Below, piece by piece: positions 39,096 to 47,777 of a DNA stretch of 64,000 nucleotides (the first letter of the stretch is position 1; every line of letters begins with the position of its first letter). The position numbers were made by a program, and so were the translations under genes. The DNA is from Vicinamibacterales bacterium (GTDB lineage: Bacteria > Acidobacteriota > Vicinamibacteria > Vicinamibacterales > UBA8438), in NCBI GenBank assembly GCA_965243615.1, contig CBDEVO010000003.1, positions 4,058,471 through 4,122,470 on the forward strand. Reading direction: 5' to 3'. The notes below the pieces were generated by a model that saw only the letters and a program-made list of their open reading frames with translations, was not told the origin of the DNA and searched no databases.

Positions 39096-40946
39096 ATGGG
39101 ACATCGAATCGCGCGGGCGCTGCGGGCCGTGGCCTTCTGCGTCGTTGCAACCTCGGCGGCCGCCGCGGGCCAAGCGCCCTCCTCCGGAAGCGCTTCCGCG
39201 CCGCACGTCGCTCCCCTTGCCCTGACTCCCGCCGAGTACAACAACACCATCGCCGACCTCTTCGGCTTTCCCCGGGACGGCGACCGGTGGCCGGCGCGCC
39301 CCGCCCTCGCCGACCGCATCAGCCCCCGGCGCGAGCCGAGCAAGGGCGTTTTCGCGGCCCCGCCGCCCCCGCCCGTGTGGCCTTGGCGCTTCCCGTCGGA
39401 GACCGGCTCCGAGGGGTTCGAGGGCATCGCCGAGGGGCAGGCGCCGTCCTCCTACCAGGTCGAGGAGCTGCACCTGGCAGCGATGCACTTCGCTTCGTTC
39501 GCCCTCGTGTCGCCGACGTTCTTCACCTGCGACGGGTGGGGCTCGCTTCCCGCCGCCGAGCGGGCGGCCTGCGCGTGGACGAGCCTCCTGCGCTTCGCCC
39601 GGCGGGCCTACCGCCGGCCCCTCGACGCCGGGGAAAGCCGGCGCCTGGAGGCGTTCTGGCAGGACAACGCCGCGTCCGGGCCCCTCGACGAGGCGGTTGC
39701 GCTGACGGTGGCGGGCATCCTGCAGGCGCCGACCTTCCACTTCAGGATCGAGCCGCGCGAGCGGGCCGACGCCTCCAAGCCACTGAGCCGGTGGGAGCTG
39801 GCGTCGCGCCTCGCCTACTTCCTGTGGGACTCGATGCCCGACGAGGCGCTGCTCGCGGCGGCCGGGGCGGGACAACTCGACACCCGGGCCGGCATCGAGA
39901 CCCAGGCCCGGCGGATGCTCGACGACCCCTGGGCCCCGCCCGCCGTCGTGCGCTTCCACCACCAGTGGCTCGGCACCGACGACGTGCTGCTCGTCGCGCC
40001 CGCCCGACGCGCGTTCGGTCCGCTGTTCGGCCTCGAGCCCCGGCTCGCAACCGCCCGCGACGACGACGTGGAGTGGCCCGCCGTCATGGGTCCCGTGCGC
40101 CACTCGATGAAGATCGAGACGGAGCTGTTCGTCGAGCGGACGGTCTTCGACGGCGCCGGCACGTTCACGGCGCTGATGACCGACCACCAGGGCTACATGT
40201 CGGACGCCACCGCCCCCATCTACGGCGACGGCGCCGAGCGCGTCGAGGGCCCCGAGGTCACCCGGACCATCGACCTCGTGGTCGCCTCCATCGGCCGGCG
40301 GAAGCCGCTGACCCTCTATCCAGCGAGCTTCCCCCCCGGAGAGCGGGCGGGGGTGCTGACCCTGCCCTCGGTGCTCGCCCTCGGCGCCTACGCGGTGCAG
40401 CCGGGGCCCATTCCCCGCGGAGTGCGGGTGCTCGAGCGGCTCGCCTGCATGCACCTCGGCACGCCGGTCCAGGGGGCGGAGACGGCCCTGCCCCCCGACA
40501 CCCTGACGGCGGAGAGCACCAACCGCGAGCGCACCGCCGCCGCCACCCGGCCCGGCACGTGCGTCACCTGCCACCGGACCATCAACCCGCCGGGGTTCGC
40601 CTTCGAGCACTACGACGCCATCGGCCGCTGGCGCTCGCACGACAACGGGCAGCCGGTCGACGCGAGCGGCTCGCTGACCCTGGCCGGCGGAGAGCGCATC
40701 GCGTTCGCCGACGGCGTCGACTTCGCGCGGCGGCTCGCGGCAAGCGGCCGCGTACGCGACTGCTACGTGCTGCACTGGACGCGCTACGCCCTCGGCGAGC
40801 GGCTCGACGCGGCGGCGCCGGGGCTCGACGCGTTGCGGGCGGGCTTCCGCGCCGACGACTCGATCGAGGAGCTGCTGGTGTCGATTGCCGGCAGCGACCT
40901 CTTCCGCCGGCGGCCGGGCGCCGGCGCGACGGGAGGCCACGAATGA
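39096..40946 (+). CDS. DUF1592/DUF1588-type exported protein (PSD-family, CxxCH-containing)
   Basis: The signal peptide is MGHRIARALRAVAFCVVATSAAAAGQ. Family motifs include LASRLAYFLWDSMPDEALL and RFHHQWLG. Another is GTCVTCHRTINPPGFAFEHYDAIGRWR. It is paired with a DUF1552-type gene through an ATGA overlap. Confidence 0.8.
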   Translation: MGHRIARALRAVAFCVVATSAAAAGQAPSSGSASAPHVAPLALTPAEYNNTIADLFGFPRDGDRWPARPALADRISPRREPSKGVFAAPPPPPVWPWRFPSETGSEGFEGIAEGQAPSSYQVEELHLAAMHFASFALVSPTFFTCDGWGSLPAAERAACAWTSLLRFARRAYRRPLDAGESRRLEAFWQDNAASGPLDEAVALTVAGILQAPTFHFRIEPRERADASKPLSRWELASRLAYFLWDSMPDEALLAAAGAGQLDTRAGIETQARRMLDDPWAPPAVVRFHHQWLGTDDVLLVAPARRAFGPLFGLEPRLATARDDDVEWPAVMGPVRHSMKIETELFVERTVFDGAGTFTALMTDHQGYMSDATAPIYGDGAERVEGPEVTRTIDLVVASIGRRKPLTLYPASFPPGERAGVLTLPSVLALGAYAVQPGPIPRGVRVLERLACMHLGTPVQGAETALPPDTLTAESTNRERTAAATRPGTCVTCHRTINPPGFAFEHYDAIGRWRSHDNGQPVDASGSLTLAGGERIAFADGVDFARRLAASGRVRDCYVLHWTRYALGERLDAAAPGLDALRAGFRADDSIEELLVSIAGSDLFRRRPGAGATGGHE

Positions 40947-42343
40947 TCTCGCGACGACGCGTGCTGCGGATGGGCGGGCTCACCGCCCTCGGCGCGGCGG
41001 TTCCCGACGCCGCGTTGCGGGCCTTCGCCCGCGAGTCCGTTCCGGTCCGGCGCCTCGTCGTCATCAGCCACTGCCACGGCTGGCCCTACGAGGGCTGGCG
41101 GATGCTCCACCCCGGCCGGTCCACGGGCGAGCCGTGGACGCTCGACCTCGCGCCGCTCGCCGCGAGCGACCTCAGCCGCGCGCTGGCGCCGCTCCACTCG
41201 CACCGCCGCCGCGTGCTCGCGCTCGACGGGCTCTCGCTGGCCACCGCCGAGCTCGACGCCGGGGGCAACCGCCACGACCGGGGGTGGATTCACGCCTGGA
41301 CCGGCGACAACGCCGACTTCGCGGCGCGAGACACGCGGTCGGTCTCGCCGTCGCTGGATCAGGTCGTCGCCGCGCACGTCGCGAGGCCCGACCGGCTGCC
41401 CTCGCTCGAGCTGTCGCTCGACGCCGCCCTCGAGGCGGGACGGCCCATCAGCTACAGCCTCGGGGGCATGCGCCTGCCGGCGGAGCGGTCGCCGCTCGGG
41501 GCCTGGAACCGGGTCTTCGGGCCGGCGTCGTCGGGCGACGCGGTGGGCCGGCGCCGCCGCACGACCCTCGACTTCGCGTACCGCGAGTACCGCGAGCTGG
41601 CCCCTCGCTTCACCGCCGGCGAGCGGGCCCGGCTCGAGACCCACTTCGGGCTCGTCGAGCGGCTGGGCCACCGCCTCGAGAGCCTCGCCACCCTCGCGTG
41701 CGACGCCCCGGCGCAGCCCGCGGCCGAGTTCGAGCGCTACGACCTGGGGTTCGACGCGTTCACCGACGTCGTCGCGGCCGCCTTCAGCTGCGACATCACC
41801 CGGGTCGTCACCCTGTCGCTCGGCGAGATGCCGACGGCCGAGTTCGGGGCCGACCACATCAGCGACAAGGTGCACAAGGGCATCGCCCACTACATTCACG
41901 AAGACCCCGCCAAGTACGCCGCGATGACCGACTACGTGCGCCACCACGCGGCCCAGGTCGCCCGGCTCGTGAGCACCCTCGAGGCGGTCCCCGACGCGGG
42001 CGGCGGGTCCATCATGGACAACACGCTCGTCGTCTGGGGCTCCGAGCTCGGCGACGGGTGGCACGGCTACGCTCACTACTGCCCCGTGCTCATCGGCGGC
42101 GAGTGGGCGTTCAGGACGGGGCGCTATCTCCACTGGCCGCACGAGACGCCGGCGGAGATGCGGGTGCCGTCGCAGGTGCTGACCGGCGGCGCGACCCGGT
42201 TCTCGGGCATTCCCCACCAGCGGATGCTGGTGAGCGCGGCCCGCGCCATGGGGCTCGACCTGGACCACGTCGGGCTGAAGCACGTCCGCGGGCAACGGGG
42301 CGACTTCATCGACGTCAGCGGCCCGCTGCGAGGCCTTGCCTAG
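40943..42343 (+). CDS. DUF1552-type protein with a Tat-like signal
   Basis: The twin-arginine leader is MISRRRVLRMGGLTALGAA, and the body includes TRVVTLSLGEM...LVVWGSELGDG. This is the classic partner position behind DUF1592. Confidence 0.8.
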   Translation: MISRRRVLRMGGLTALGAAVPDAALRAFARESVPVRRLVVISHCHGWPYEGWRMLHPGRSTGEPWTLDLAPLAASDLSRALAPLHSHRRRVLALDGLSLATAELDAGGNRHDRGWIHAWTGDNADFAARDTRSVSPSLDQVVAAHVARPDRLPSLELSLDAALEAGRPISYSLGGMRLPAERSPLGAWNRVFGPASSGDAVGRRRRTTLDFAYREYRELAPRFTAGERARLETHFGLVERLGHRLESLATLACDAPAQPAAEFERYDLGFDAFTDVVAAAFSCDITRVVTLSLGEMPTAEFGADHISDKVHKGIAHYIHEDPAKYAAMTDYVRHHAAQVARLVSTLEAVPDAGGGSIMDNTLVVWGSELGDGWHGYAHYCPVLIGGEWAFRTGRYLHWPHETPAEMRVPSQVLTGGATRFSGIPHQRMLVSAARAMGLDLDHVGLKHVRGQRGDFIDVSGPLRGLA

Positions 42344-42386
42344 CACCAGAAACTCGGGCGAAATCTCCAAACTCCAGCTTCGGCCG

Positions 42387-43520
42387 TCAGCCGCCGTTCG
42401 CGGTCAGGTATCGCCGGCCCGAGAGCACCATCGCGCCGAGGCCGAGCCACGTCGCCGCGAGCCAGAAGAGCCCGCCGAGCCACGGGATCTCGAACAGCAG
42501 GTAGAGCGCGAGGATGCCGACGGCCATCGCCGCGTACGGCGAGGCGTCGGGGCGGCCGGCGCGGGCGAGCAACTCGTTGCCCGCCCACACCGCGATAGGG
42601 AGCTTGGCCACGTAGAGGGCCACGGCGAACAGGAGCATGCCGATGATGCCGATGGGCAGCCCGACCAGCGTCATCATCACCACCGCCGCCCCGACCGGCA
42701 CTATCAGGAACGCGCCGAACCCGAGCAGCGCGCCGAGGGTGGTCTCGCCCGCGATGGCCGAGGCCAACCGCTGTAGCAGGGGCCGGAGCAGCGCGACGGC
42801 CAGCATGCCGGCGAGCAGCGCCGCCCCCGCCTGCCACGTCCAGAAGAGGAGACTCCGCGCCGCGCTGCCGTCGTCCTCGTCGTCCTCGTCGATCGGTTCC
42901 TGGTAGCGCACCACCCCCGCCACCCGGGCCGCCGCCTCCGGGCTCAGGGGTATCCGCGTCCGATAGTCGAGGTCGCCCTCGATGCGCGCGTCTGGGGCGA
43001 GGTCGAGGCGGTCGGCGATGACGTTCGCATTGCCGCGCACCGTACCGCTGAGCACGAGCTCACCCACCGCCGCGCGCAGGTCCTCCTCCACCGTCCCGTC
43101 GATCTCGAGGCTGCTCGCGGCGGCCGCGACGCCTCCCCGGATGACGGCGCCCTCGAGGAGCTGCAGCCGGTTCCCCCCCGCGATCAGGTCGCCGTCGATC
43201 GTGGAGTCCACGGTCACCTGGTCCCCGACCACGCGGGTCGAGTCGCCGATGACGCCCCGCAGGTCGACGGTCCTGGCCGCCGCGAACACGTCTCCATCGA
43301 CCCGACCGTCGACGAGCACCCGCTGCGCCCCCGCCACCAGGTCTCCGGCCAGTTGCCCGTGGACGCGGACCGCCTCGCCCGCCGCGTAGAGATCGCCCTC
43401 GCGGACCTCGCCGCTCGGAACGGTCACCACCGTGCCCGCCTCGCCTTCCTGCGCCGCGGCCGGCGTGGACGCGGCCGCCAGCGCCGCCGTCAGCAGCAAT
43501 CCCATCGCTCGGTGAACCAT
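42387..43520 (-). CDS. Exported bactofilin-like (beta-helical repeat) domain fused to a C-terminal multi-TM domain
   Basis: The signal peptide is MGLLLTAALAAASTPAAAQ. It is followed by repeated G-D/x-V-x-G units (VHGQLAGDLVAGAQRVLVDGRVDGDVFAAARTVDLRGVIGD...). Then come the acidic linker EPIDEDDEDD and about 5 hydrophobic helices. Confidence 0.55.
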   Translation of the reverse strand: MVHRAMGLLLTAALAAASTPAAAQEGEAGTVVTVPSGEVREGDLYAAGEAVRVHGQLAGDLVAGAQRVLVDGRVDGDVFAAARTVDLRGVIGDSTRVVGDQVTVDSTIDGDLIAGGNRLQLLEGAVIRGGVAAAASSLEIDGTVEEDLRAAVGELVLSGTVRGNANVIADRLDLAPDARIEGDLDYRTRIPLSPEAAARVAGVVRYQEPIDEDDEDDGSAARSLLFWTWQAGAALLAGMLAVALLRPLLQRLASAIAGETTLGALLGFGAFLIVPVGAAVVMMTLVGLPIGIIGMLLFAVALYVAKLPIAVWAGNELLARAGRPDASPYAAMAVGILALYLLFEIPWLGGLFWLAATWLGLGAMVLSGRRYLTANGG

Positions 43521-43722
43521 GTGTCGTCCTCCCGGGTAGGATGGTGTCGTCCCCCCGCCTCCACAATCAACCCGACTTGCGATCGGCGGTTGCTCGGGGG
43601 TCGCCAGCGGTCGGGAACCGCCGATGGCCGGCTCGCATCCTGCTCGGGCATCGCGTCACCGCTTCTCCCCCGCTGCTTCCCCGGCTGGCCCTGACCGACG
43701 CGCGCGGTCACGCCCCCGCGGC

Positions 43723-44487
43723 TCACCAGGGGAATATCTCGCGCAGTCGGCGGGCCTGCCGCCGGGACAGCGCCACCGTACCTGCGCCGGGGCACACGAT
43801 GGTGTACGCGCCCGCGTCGGCGGGCCGGATCTCGGCGATCCGGGCGAGGTTGACCAGACAGCCCCGGTGGGCGCGAAAGAACCGGCCCTCCAACTGGTCC
43901 TCGAGATCGGAAAGGGTGCGATCCACGAGGAACCGTGCGGCCGGGGTCCGGGCGAAGACGAGCGTGTCCTCCGCCTCGAACCACACGATCTCGTCCGGAT
44001 CGAGCAGCAGAATCCGCGAGCCGCGCCGGACGCTGATGCGGTCGGGCCGCGGTGCCGCGACGACGCCTCCGGCGACGGTTCGCCGCAGGGCGTCGAGCTC
44101 GTCGAGTATGCGCCGGGCCGGGCCGGCGGTGTCGATGCGCTCGCGGGCGCGCTCGAGGGCCTCGGCGAACCGCTCCCGTCCCACGGGCTTCAGCAGGTAG
44201 TCGATGGACCGCACCTCGAACGCCGGCACCGCGTAGCGGTCGTAGGCGGTGACGAAGATCACGTGCGGGACGTGGCCGACCCGCTCGAGGACGTCGAAGC
44301 CGGTGCCCTCGGGCATCCGCACGTCGAGGAAGCAGAGGTCGGGCGTGGTCTCGTCGATCAGCTTGACAGCCGCCTCGGCGTCGGCGGCCTCCCCCGCGAG
44401 CTCGAAGTCGGGATGCGCGGCAAGTAGCCGCTTGATCCGGTCGCGGGCAGGTTTCTCGTCGTCGATGACGACGCAGCGGCGGCTCAT
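43723..44487 (-). CDS. LytTR-family response regulator
   Basis: The receiver domain reads VVIDDEKPARDRI...DLCFLDVRMPEGTGFDV. The LytTR DNA-binding domain reads FEAEDTLVFART....FLVDRTLSDLEDQL...FFRAHRGCLVNL. Confidence 0.9.
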   Translation of the reverse strand: MSRRCVVIDDEKPARDRIKRLLAAHPDFELAGEAADAEAAVKLIDETTPDLCFLDVRMPEGTGFDVLERVGHVPHVIFVTAYDRYAVPAFEVRSIDYLLKPVGRERFAEALERARERIDTAGPARRILDELDALRRTVAGGVVAAPRPDRISVRRGSRILLLDPDEIVWFEAEDTLVFARTPAARFLVDRTLSDLEDQLEGRFFRAHRGCLVNLARIAEIRPADAGAYTIVCPGAGTVALSRRQARRLREIFPW

Positions 44488-45590
44488 GGCGCGCTCTCCG
44501 CGCGCCCGGACGGCGCCGGCGCGGCGGGCAGCGTGAGCCGCGCGCGCGCGCCGGCTCCGCGCGGGCCGGCGGACAGCGCGAGGGCCGCGCGCCCGCCGTA
44601 GGACGCCTGGAGCCGGCGGGCGATGTTGCCCAGGCCGTGGTCGTCGCGGACCAGGTCTTCCCCGTCGCCGGCGAGTCCGATTCCGTCGTCGATCACGTCG
44701 ATGCGCAGCACGCTGTCGTCGAGGGCGGCGGAGACGTCGATGCGGCCTCCGCGCGACCGCGGCGCGAGCCCGTGCCCGACCGCGTTCTCGACGAGGGGCT
44801 GGAGAATCAGACCGGGCACCCGCACCCGAAGCGAGTCGGGCTCGACGTCCCAGGCCACCCGCAGCCGGTCGCCGAAGCGGACCTGCTCGATGCGCAGGTA
44901 GCCCTTGGTGAAGGCGATCTCGTCGCGCAGGGCGACGGGCGCGGCGTCGGCCGCGGCGAACACGTAGCGGAAGAGGTCGGCGAAGGTCTCCAGCAGCTCC
45001 TCGGCCGTCCGCGCATCCTCCTCGACCATCGAGCCGATGGTGTTGAGGGTGTTGAAGAAGAAGTGCGGGTTGATGCGCGCCTGGAGCGCGGCCAGCTCGG
45101 CGCGGGCCGCCTCCTCGCGCAGCCGCGCCTCGACCAGCCGCACCTCCCGCATCTCGCGCAGGGCGTCCTGCAGCCGCAACCGCATCTCCTCGTAGCCGAG
45201 CACGACGCCGCCGACCACCAGGGCGAGGACGCTGTTGAGGACGACGACCCCGACCGCGAGGCGCGGCTCGCGGAAGACGAACAGTGGATAGGCCCCGAGC
45301 ACGGCCACGCTGCCCAGGCCCGCGCCCGACAGCAGGGCTACGACGAGCAGCGGAAACCGGAGCAGGCTCGAGCGTCCCCGCAGCCGCGGAAAGAGCCAGA
45401 CCGAACAGACCAGCGCGGTGAGGCCGACCACGTTGGCGAAGAGCACGGAGATCACCAGGATGGGGCGCTCGACGCCCTCCCCCTGGAACACGCTGACGCC
45501 GAGGCCGACGGCGAGGCCGGCGAGGCTGCAGGCCGAGATCCAGAACGCGGCGTGGCGACCGAGGCTTCGGGCCGGGCGCGAGCGGCTCAC
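44484..45590 (-). CDS. LytS-type sensor histidine kinase (His_kinase + HATPase_c) with a multi-TM sensor
   Basis: It has INPHFFFNTLNTIGSMV and LILQPLVENAVGHG, and GLGNIARRL. GTG 45588-45590 forms a GTGA overlap with the upstream gene, and ATGA joins it to the regulator at 44484-44487. Confidence 0.88.
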   Translation of the reverse strand: MSRSRPARSLGRHAAFWISACSLAGLAVGLGVSVFQGEGVERPILVISVLFANVVGLTALVCSVWLFPRLRGRSSLLRFPLLVVALLSGAGLGSVAVLGAYPLFVFREPRLAVGVVVLNSVLALVVGGVVLGYEEMRLRLQDALREMREVRLVEARLREEAARAELAALQARINPHFFFNTLNTIGSMVEEDARTAEELLETFADLFRYVFAAADAAPVALRDEIAFTKGYLRIEQVRFGDRLRVAWDVEPDSLRVRVPGLILQPLVENAVGHGLAPRSRGGRIDVSAALDDSVLRIDVIDDGIGLAGDGEDLVRDDHGLGNIARRLQASYGGRAALALSAGPRGAGARARLTLPAAPAPSGRAESAP

Positions 45591-46798
45591 CGCACCCTCG
45601 CGAGGACGAGGGTGACGTCGTCGTGGGCGTCGACGGGGCCGCTCCACCGCAGGAGGGCCTCGAGCACGGTGTCGATGATCGCCTCGAGGGGACGCGCGCG
45701 GTGCGCGTGCAGCAGATCGGCCAGCCTCTCCGCCCCGAACTCCTCGCCGTCGGGCGCCGGCGCCTCGGTGACGCCGTCGGTGAACAGCGCCAGCAGATCG
45801 CCGGGCACCAGTGTCCTGGCGCCGGTCTCGTAGGCCGCGCCCTCGAACAGTCCGATGGGCATGCCGCCGTCCTCGCAGCGCTCGGTGTCGCCTCCCCGGA
45901 CGAGGATCGCCGGCAGGTGCCCGGCGTTGGTGTAGGACAGGAGGCGCGTCTCGGGATCGAAGGTGGCGACGAACGCGGTGGCGTAGCGGGCGGCGGACGA
46001 CGAGCCGCACAACGCCTCGTTCAGGCCGGCTGCGAGCGATCCGGGGGTCCTCGCGGTCGGGAAGCGGCTGCGCATGGAGGCCTGCAGGTTGGCCATGAGG
46101 AGGGCGGCGGGGACTCCCTTGCCGGACACGTCGACGATGGCCACACCCAGCCGGCCGTCACCGTCCCGGAGGTAGTCGTAGAGGTCGCCGCCGACCGCGA
46201 TGGCGGGCCGGCAGACACCCGCCAGCTCCAGCCCCGCGACGTCGGGGACCTCGCGCGGCAGCAGCTCGCGCTGGACTTCCCGGGCCACCTTCAGCTCGCG
46301 CTCGAGCGCGTCCCGCTCCCGCAGGACCCGGTACGACGCCTCGATCTGGCGCCGCATCCGGTCGTAGGTTCCCAGGGCCACCGCGACCCCCGCCGCGAGC
46401 ACCGCGTTGAACGCGACGAGAAACAGGGCGGCCCGGGGCTGCGCGGCCACGTAGAACGGATCGGTGAAGATGACCAGGATCGAGCCGAAGATCGTGCCCG
46501 ACACGACGATCAGGGCCTCGAGCACGAGGCGCAGCCCCCCCGGCACGCGGGCCAGCAGCGGGAACACCACCCGGGCCGAGATGTACGCGCTGAAGCCGAC
46601 GACCTCGGCGAACAGCACGCTCAACCGCAGGACGGGGCCGAGATCGACGCCGGCCCCGAACGAGATGCCGGCCGCGAAAACCACGCCGACCCCGAGCCAC
46701 GCGGCGGTCCAGCCGGTGAGGAAGCGCCAGCCCGGAGCCGCCGCCTCGGCCGGTGACCGTGGACTCGGGGTCGGCGCCGCGGAAGGAGACGGAGTCAT
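45587..46798 (-). CDS. Membrane-anchored PP2C/SpoIIE-family phosphatase
   Basis: The C-terminal domain reads AREVQRELLP...AIAVGGDLYDY...AIVDVSGKGVPAALLMA...TNAGHLP...LFTDGVTEA...HDDVTLVLARV. The N-terminal TM block is homologous to that of the adjacent kinase. Confidence 0.88.
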   Translation of the reverse strand: MTPSPSAAPTPSPRSPAEAAAPGWRFLTGWTAAWLGVGVVFAAGISFGAGVDLGPVLRLSVLFAEVVGFSAYISARVVFPLLARVPGGLRLVLEALIVVSGTIFGSILVIFTDPFYVAAQPRAALFLVAFNAVLAAGVAVALGTYDRMRRQIEASYRVLRERDALERELKVAREVQRELLPREVPDVAGLELAGVCRPAIAVGGDLYDYLRDGDGRLGVAIVDVSGKGVPAALLMANLQASMRSRFPTARTPGSLAAGLNEALCGSSSAARYATAFVATFDPETRLLSYTNAGHLPAILVRGGDTERCEDGGMPIGLFEGAAYETGARTLVPGDLLALFTDGVTEAPAPDGEEFGAERLADLLHAHRARPLEAIIDTVLEALLRWSGPVDAHDDVTLVLARVR

Positions 46799-46810
46799 GG
46801 GCCGGCGCCG

Positions 46811-47419
46811 TCAGCGGAGAGACCGACCGGACTCGAGCTCCCGTGGACCCGCGGAACCGACGCCGTTCACCGGTACCGCGCGCCCGTCCCGCAGCACGTG
46901 ACGGGTCTCGCCCGCGAGAACGCTCCACTCTCCGTTCCACCGCTCGACGCGCGGCCGGTGGCCGGGGAACGGGTTGGACAGGCGGAAGGTGGTGTCGGCG
47001 GACACAAAGAAGAGCAGCCCGGGGGCCGAGTCGCCCCGGCAGCGGGGACTCCGGAACACCAGGGCGTCCCGCCTGCCGTCGCCGTCGAAGTCGCGCTGGT
47101 CGGGGAGATCGAGACACATGTCGTCGGTCTCGCCGATCACGATGTGCTCGCGGTTGCCGATGCGGGCGACGAGAATGTCGAAGAAGCGGGCGCCCTTGAC
47201 GACGTGGTACACGATGCGGTCGGACGCAGCCGGGGAGTCGCGCCCGAAGGGAACGGCGGCCGTCCCCGGCCCGGCCGGCGAGAGCTTGTCGTCCGCCTCT
47301 GGGGCGGGAGCGGAATCGGAAGCCGGATGGCCCGCGGGTTGCGGCCCGCCATCGATCCGGCAACCGCCGAGCGCCGCCGCAAGGACCACCAACGTTCCCA
47401 GGGCGGCGCCCGGTCTCAT
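46811..47419 (-). CDS. Hypothetical lipoprotein
   Basis: It has the lipobox LAAALGGC and an FG-GAP-like segment, DQRDFDGDGRRDALVF. Confidence 0.6.
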   Translation of the reverse strand: MRPGAALGTLVVLAAALGGCRIDGGPQPAGHPASDSAPAPEADDKLSPAGPGTAAVPFGRDSPAASDRIVYHVVKGARFFDILVARIGNREHIVIGETDDMCLDLPDQRDFDGDGRRDALVFRSPRCRGDSAPGLLFFVSADTTFRLSNPFPGHRPRVERWNGEWSVLAGETRHVLRDGRAVPVNGVGSAGPRELESGRSLR

Positions 47420-47435
47420 GCGGTATCCGGCCCGC

Positions 47436-47777
47436 TCAGCCGAGCACGCCGGCGTAGCTGTCGGCGTCGAAGCCGACGAGCAGGGTCTTGCCGACCCGCA
47501 GCAGCGGCGCCCGCAGGTTGCCGGTGGCGCCGACCATGGCGTCCACCACCGCGTCGTCGGGCGCCCCGCGGGGCTTGAACTCCGCCACCTTCCGGCCCTT
47601 GGCGACGATGATGCGCGACGCCGCCTCGGCCAGCTCGCGGGCGTCGGTCCGGCCGAGCTTGCGGCTCGCCGGCACCCGTTCCTTCACGTCGATCCCGTTG
47701 GCCTCCAGGAACTTGGAGGCTCTGGAGCAGCTCGTTCAACCGGATCGGTGGTAGTACCAGTCGACCCTACTGCCCAT
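47436..47777 (-). CDS. ArsC/Spx/YffB-like thioredoxin-fold protein with an in-frame TGA (candidate selenocysteine, UxxC)
   Basis: The minus strand reads ATG(47777-47775) GGC AGT AGG GTC GAC TGG TAC TAC CAC CGA TCC GGT TGA(47738-47736) ACG AGC TGC. This translates as MGSRVDWYYHRSG-U-TSCSRASKFLEANGIDVKERV..., running into the 83-aa track ORF (...GNLRAPLLRVGKTLLVGFDADSYAGVLG). Confidence 0.6.
47701..47720 (-). promoter_or_regulatory. Candidate bacterial SECIS hairpin
   Basis: On the mRNA, GCCUCC-AAGUUCCU-GGAGGC starts 15 nt after the UGA, and the apical loop contains GU. An alternative CUCCAG/CUGGAG pairing (47729-47703) is also possible. Confidence 0.45.
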
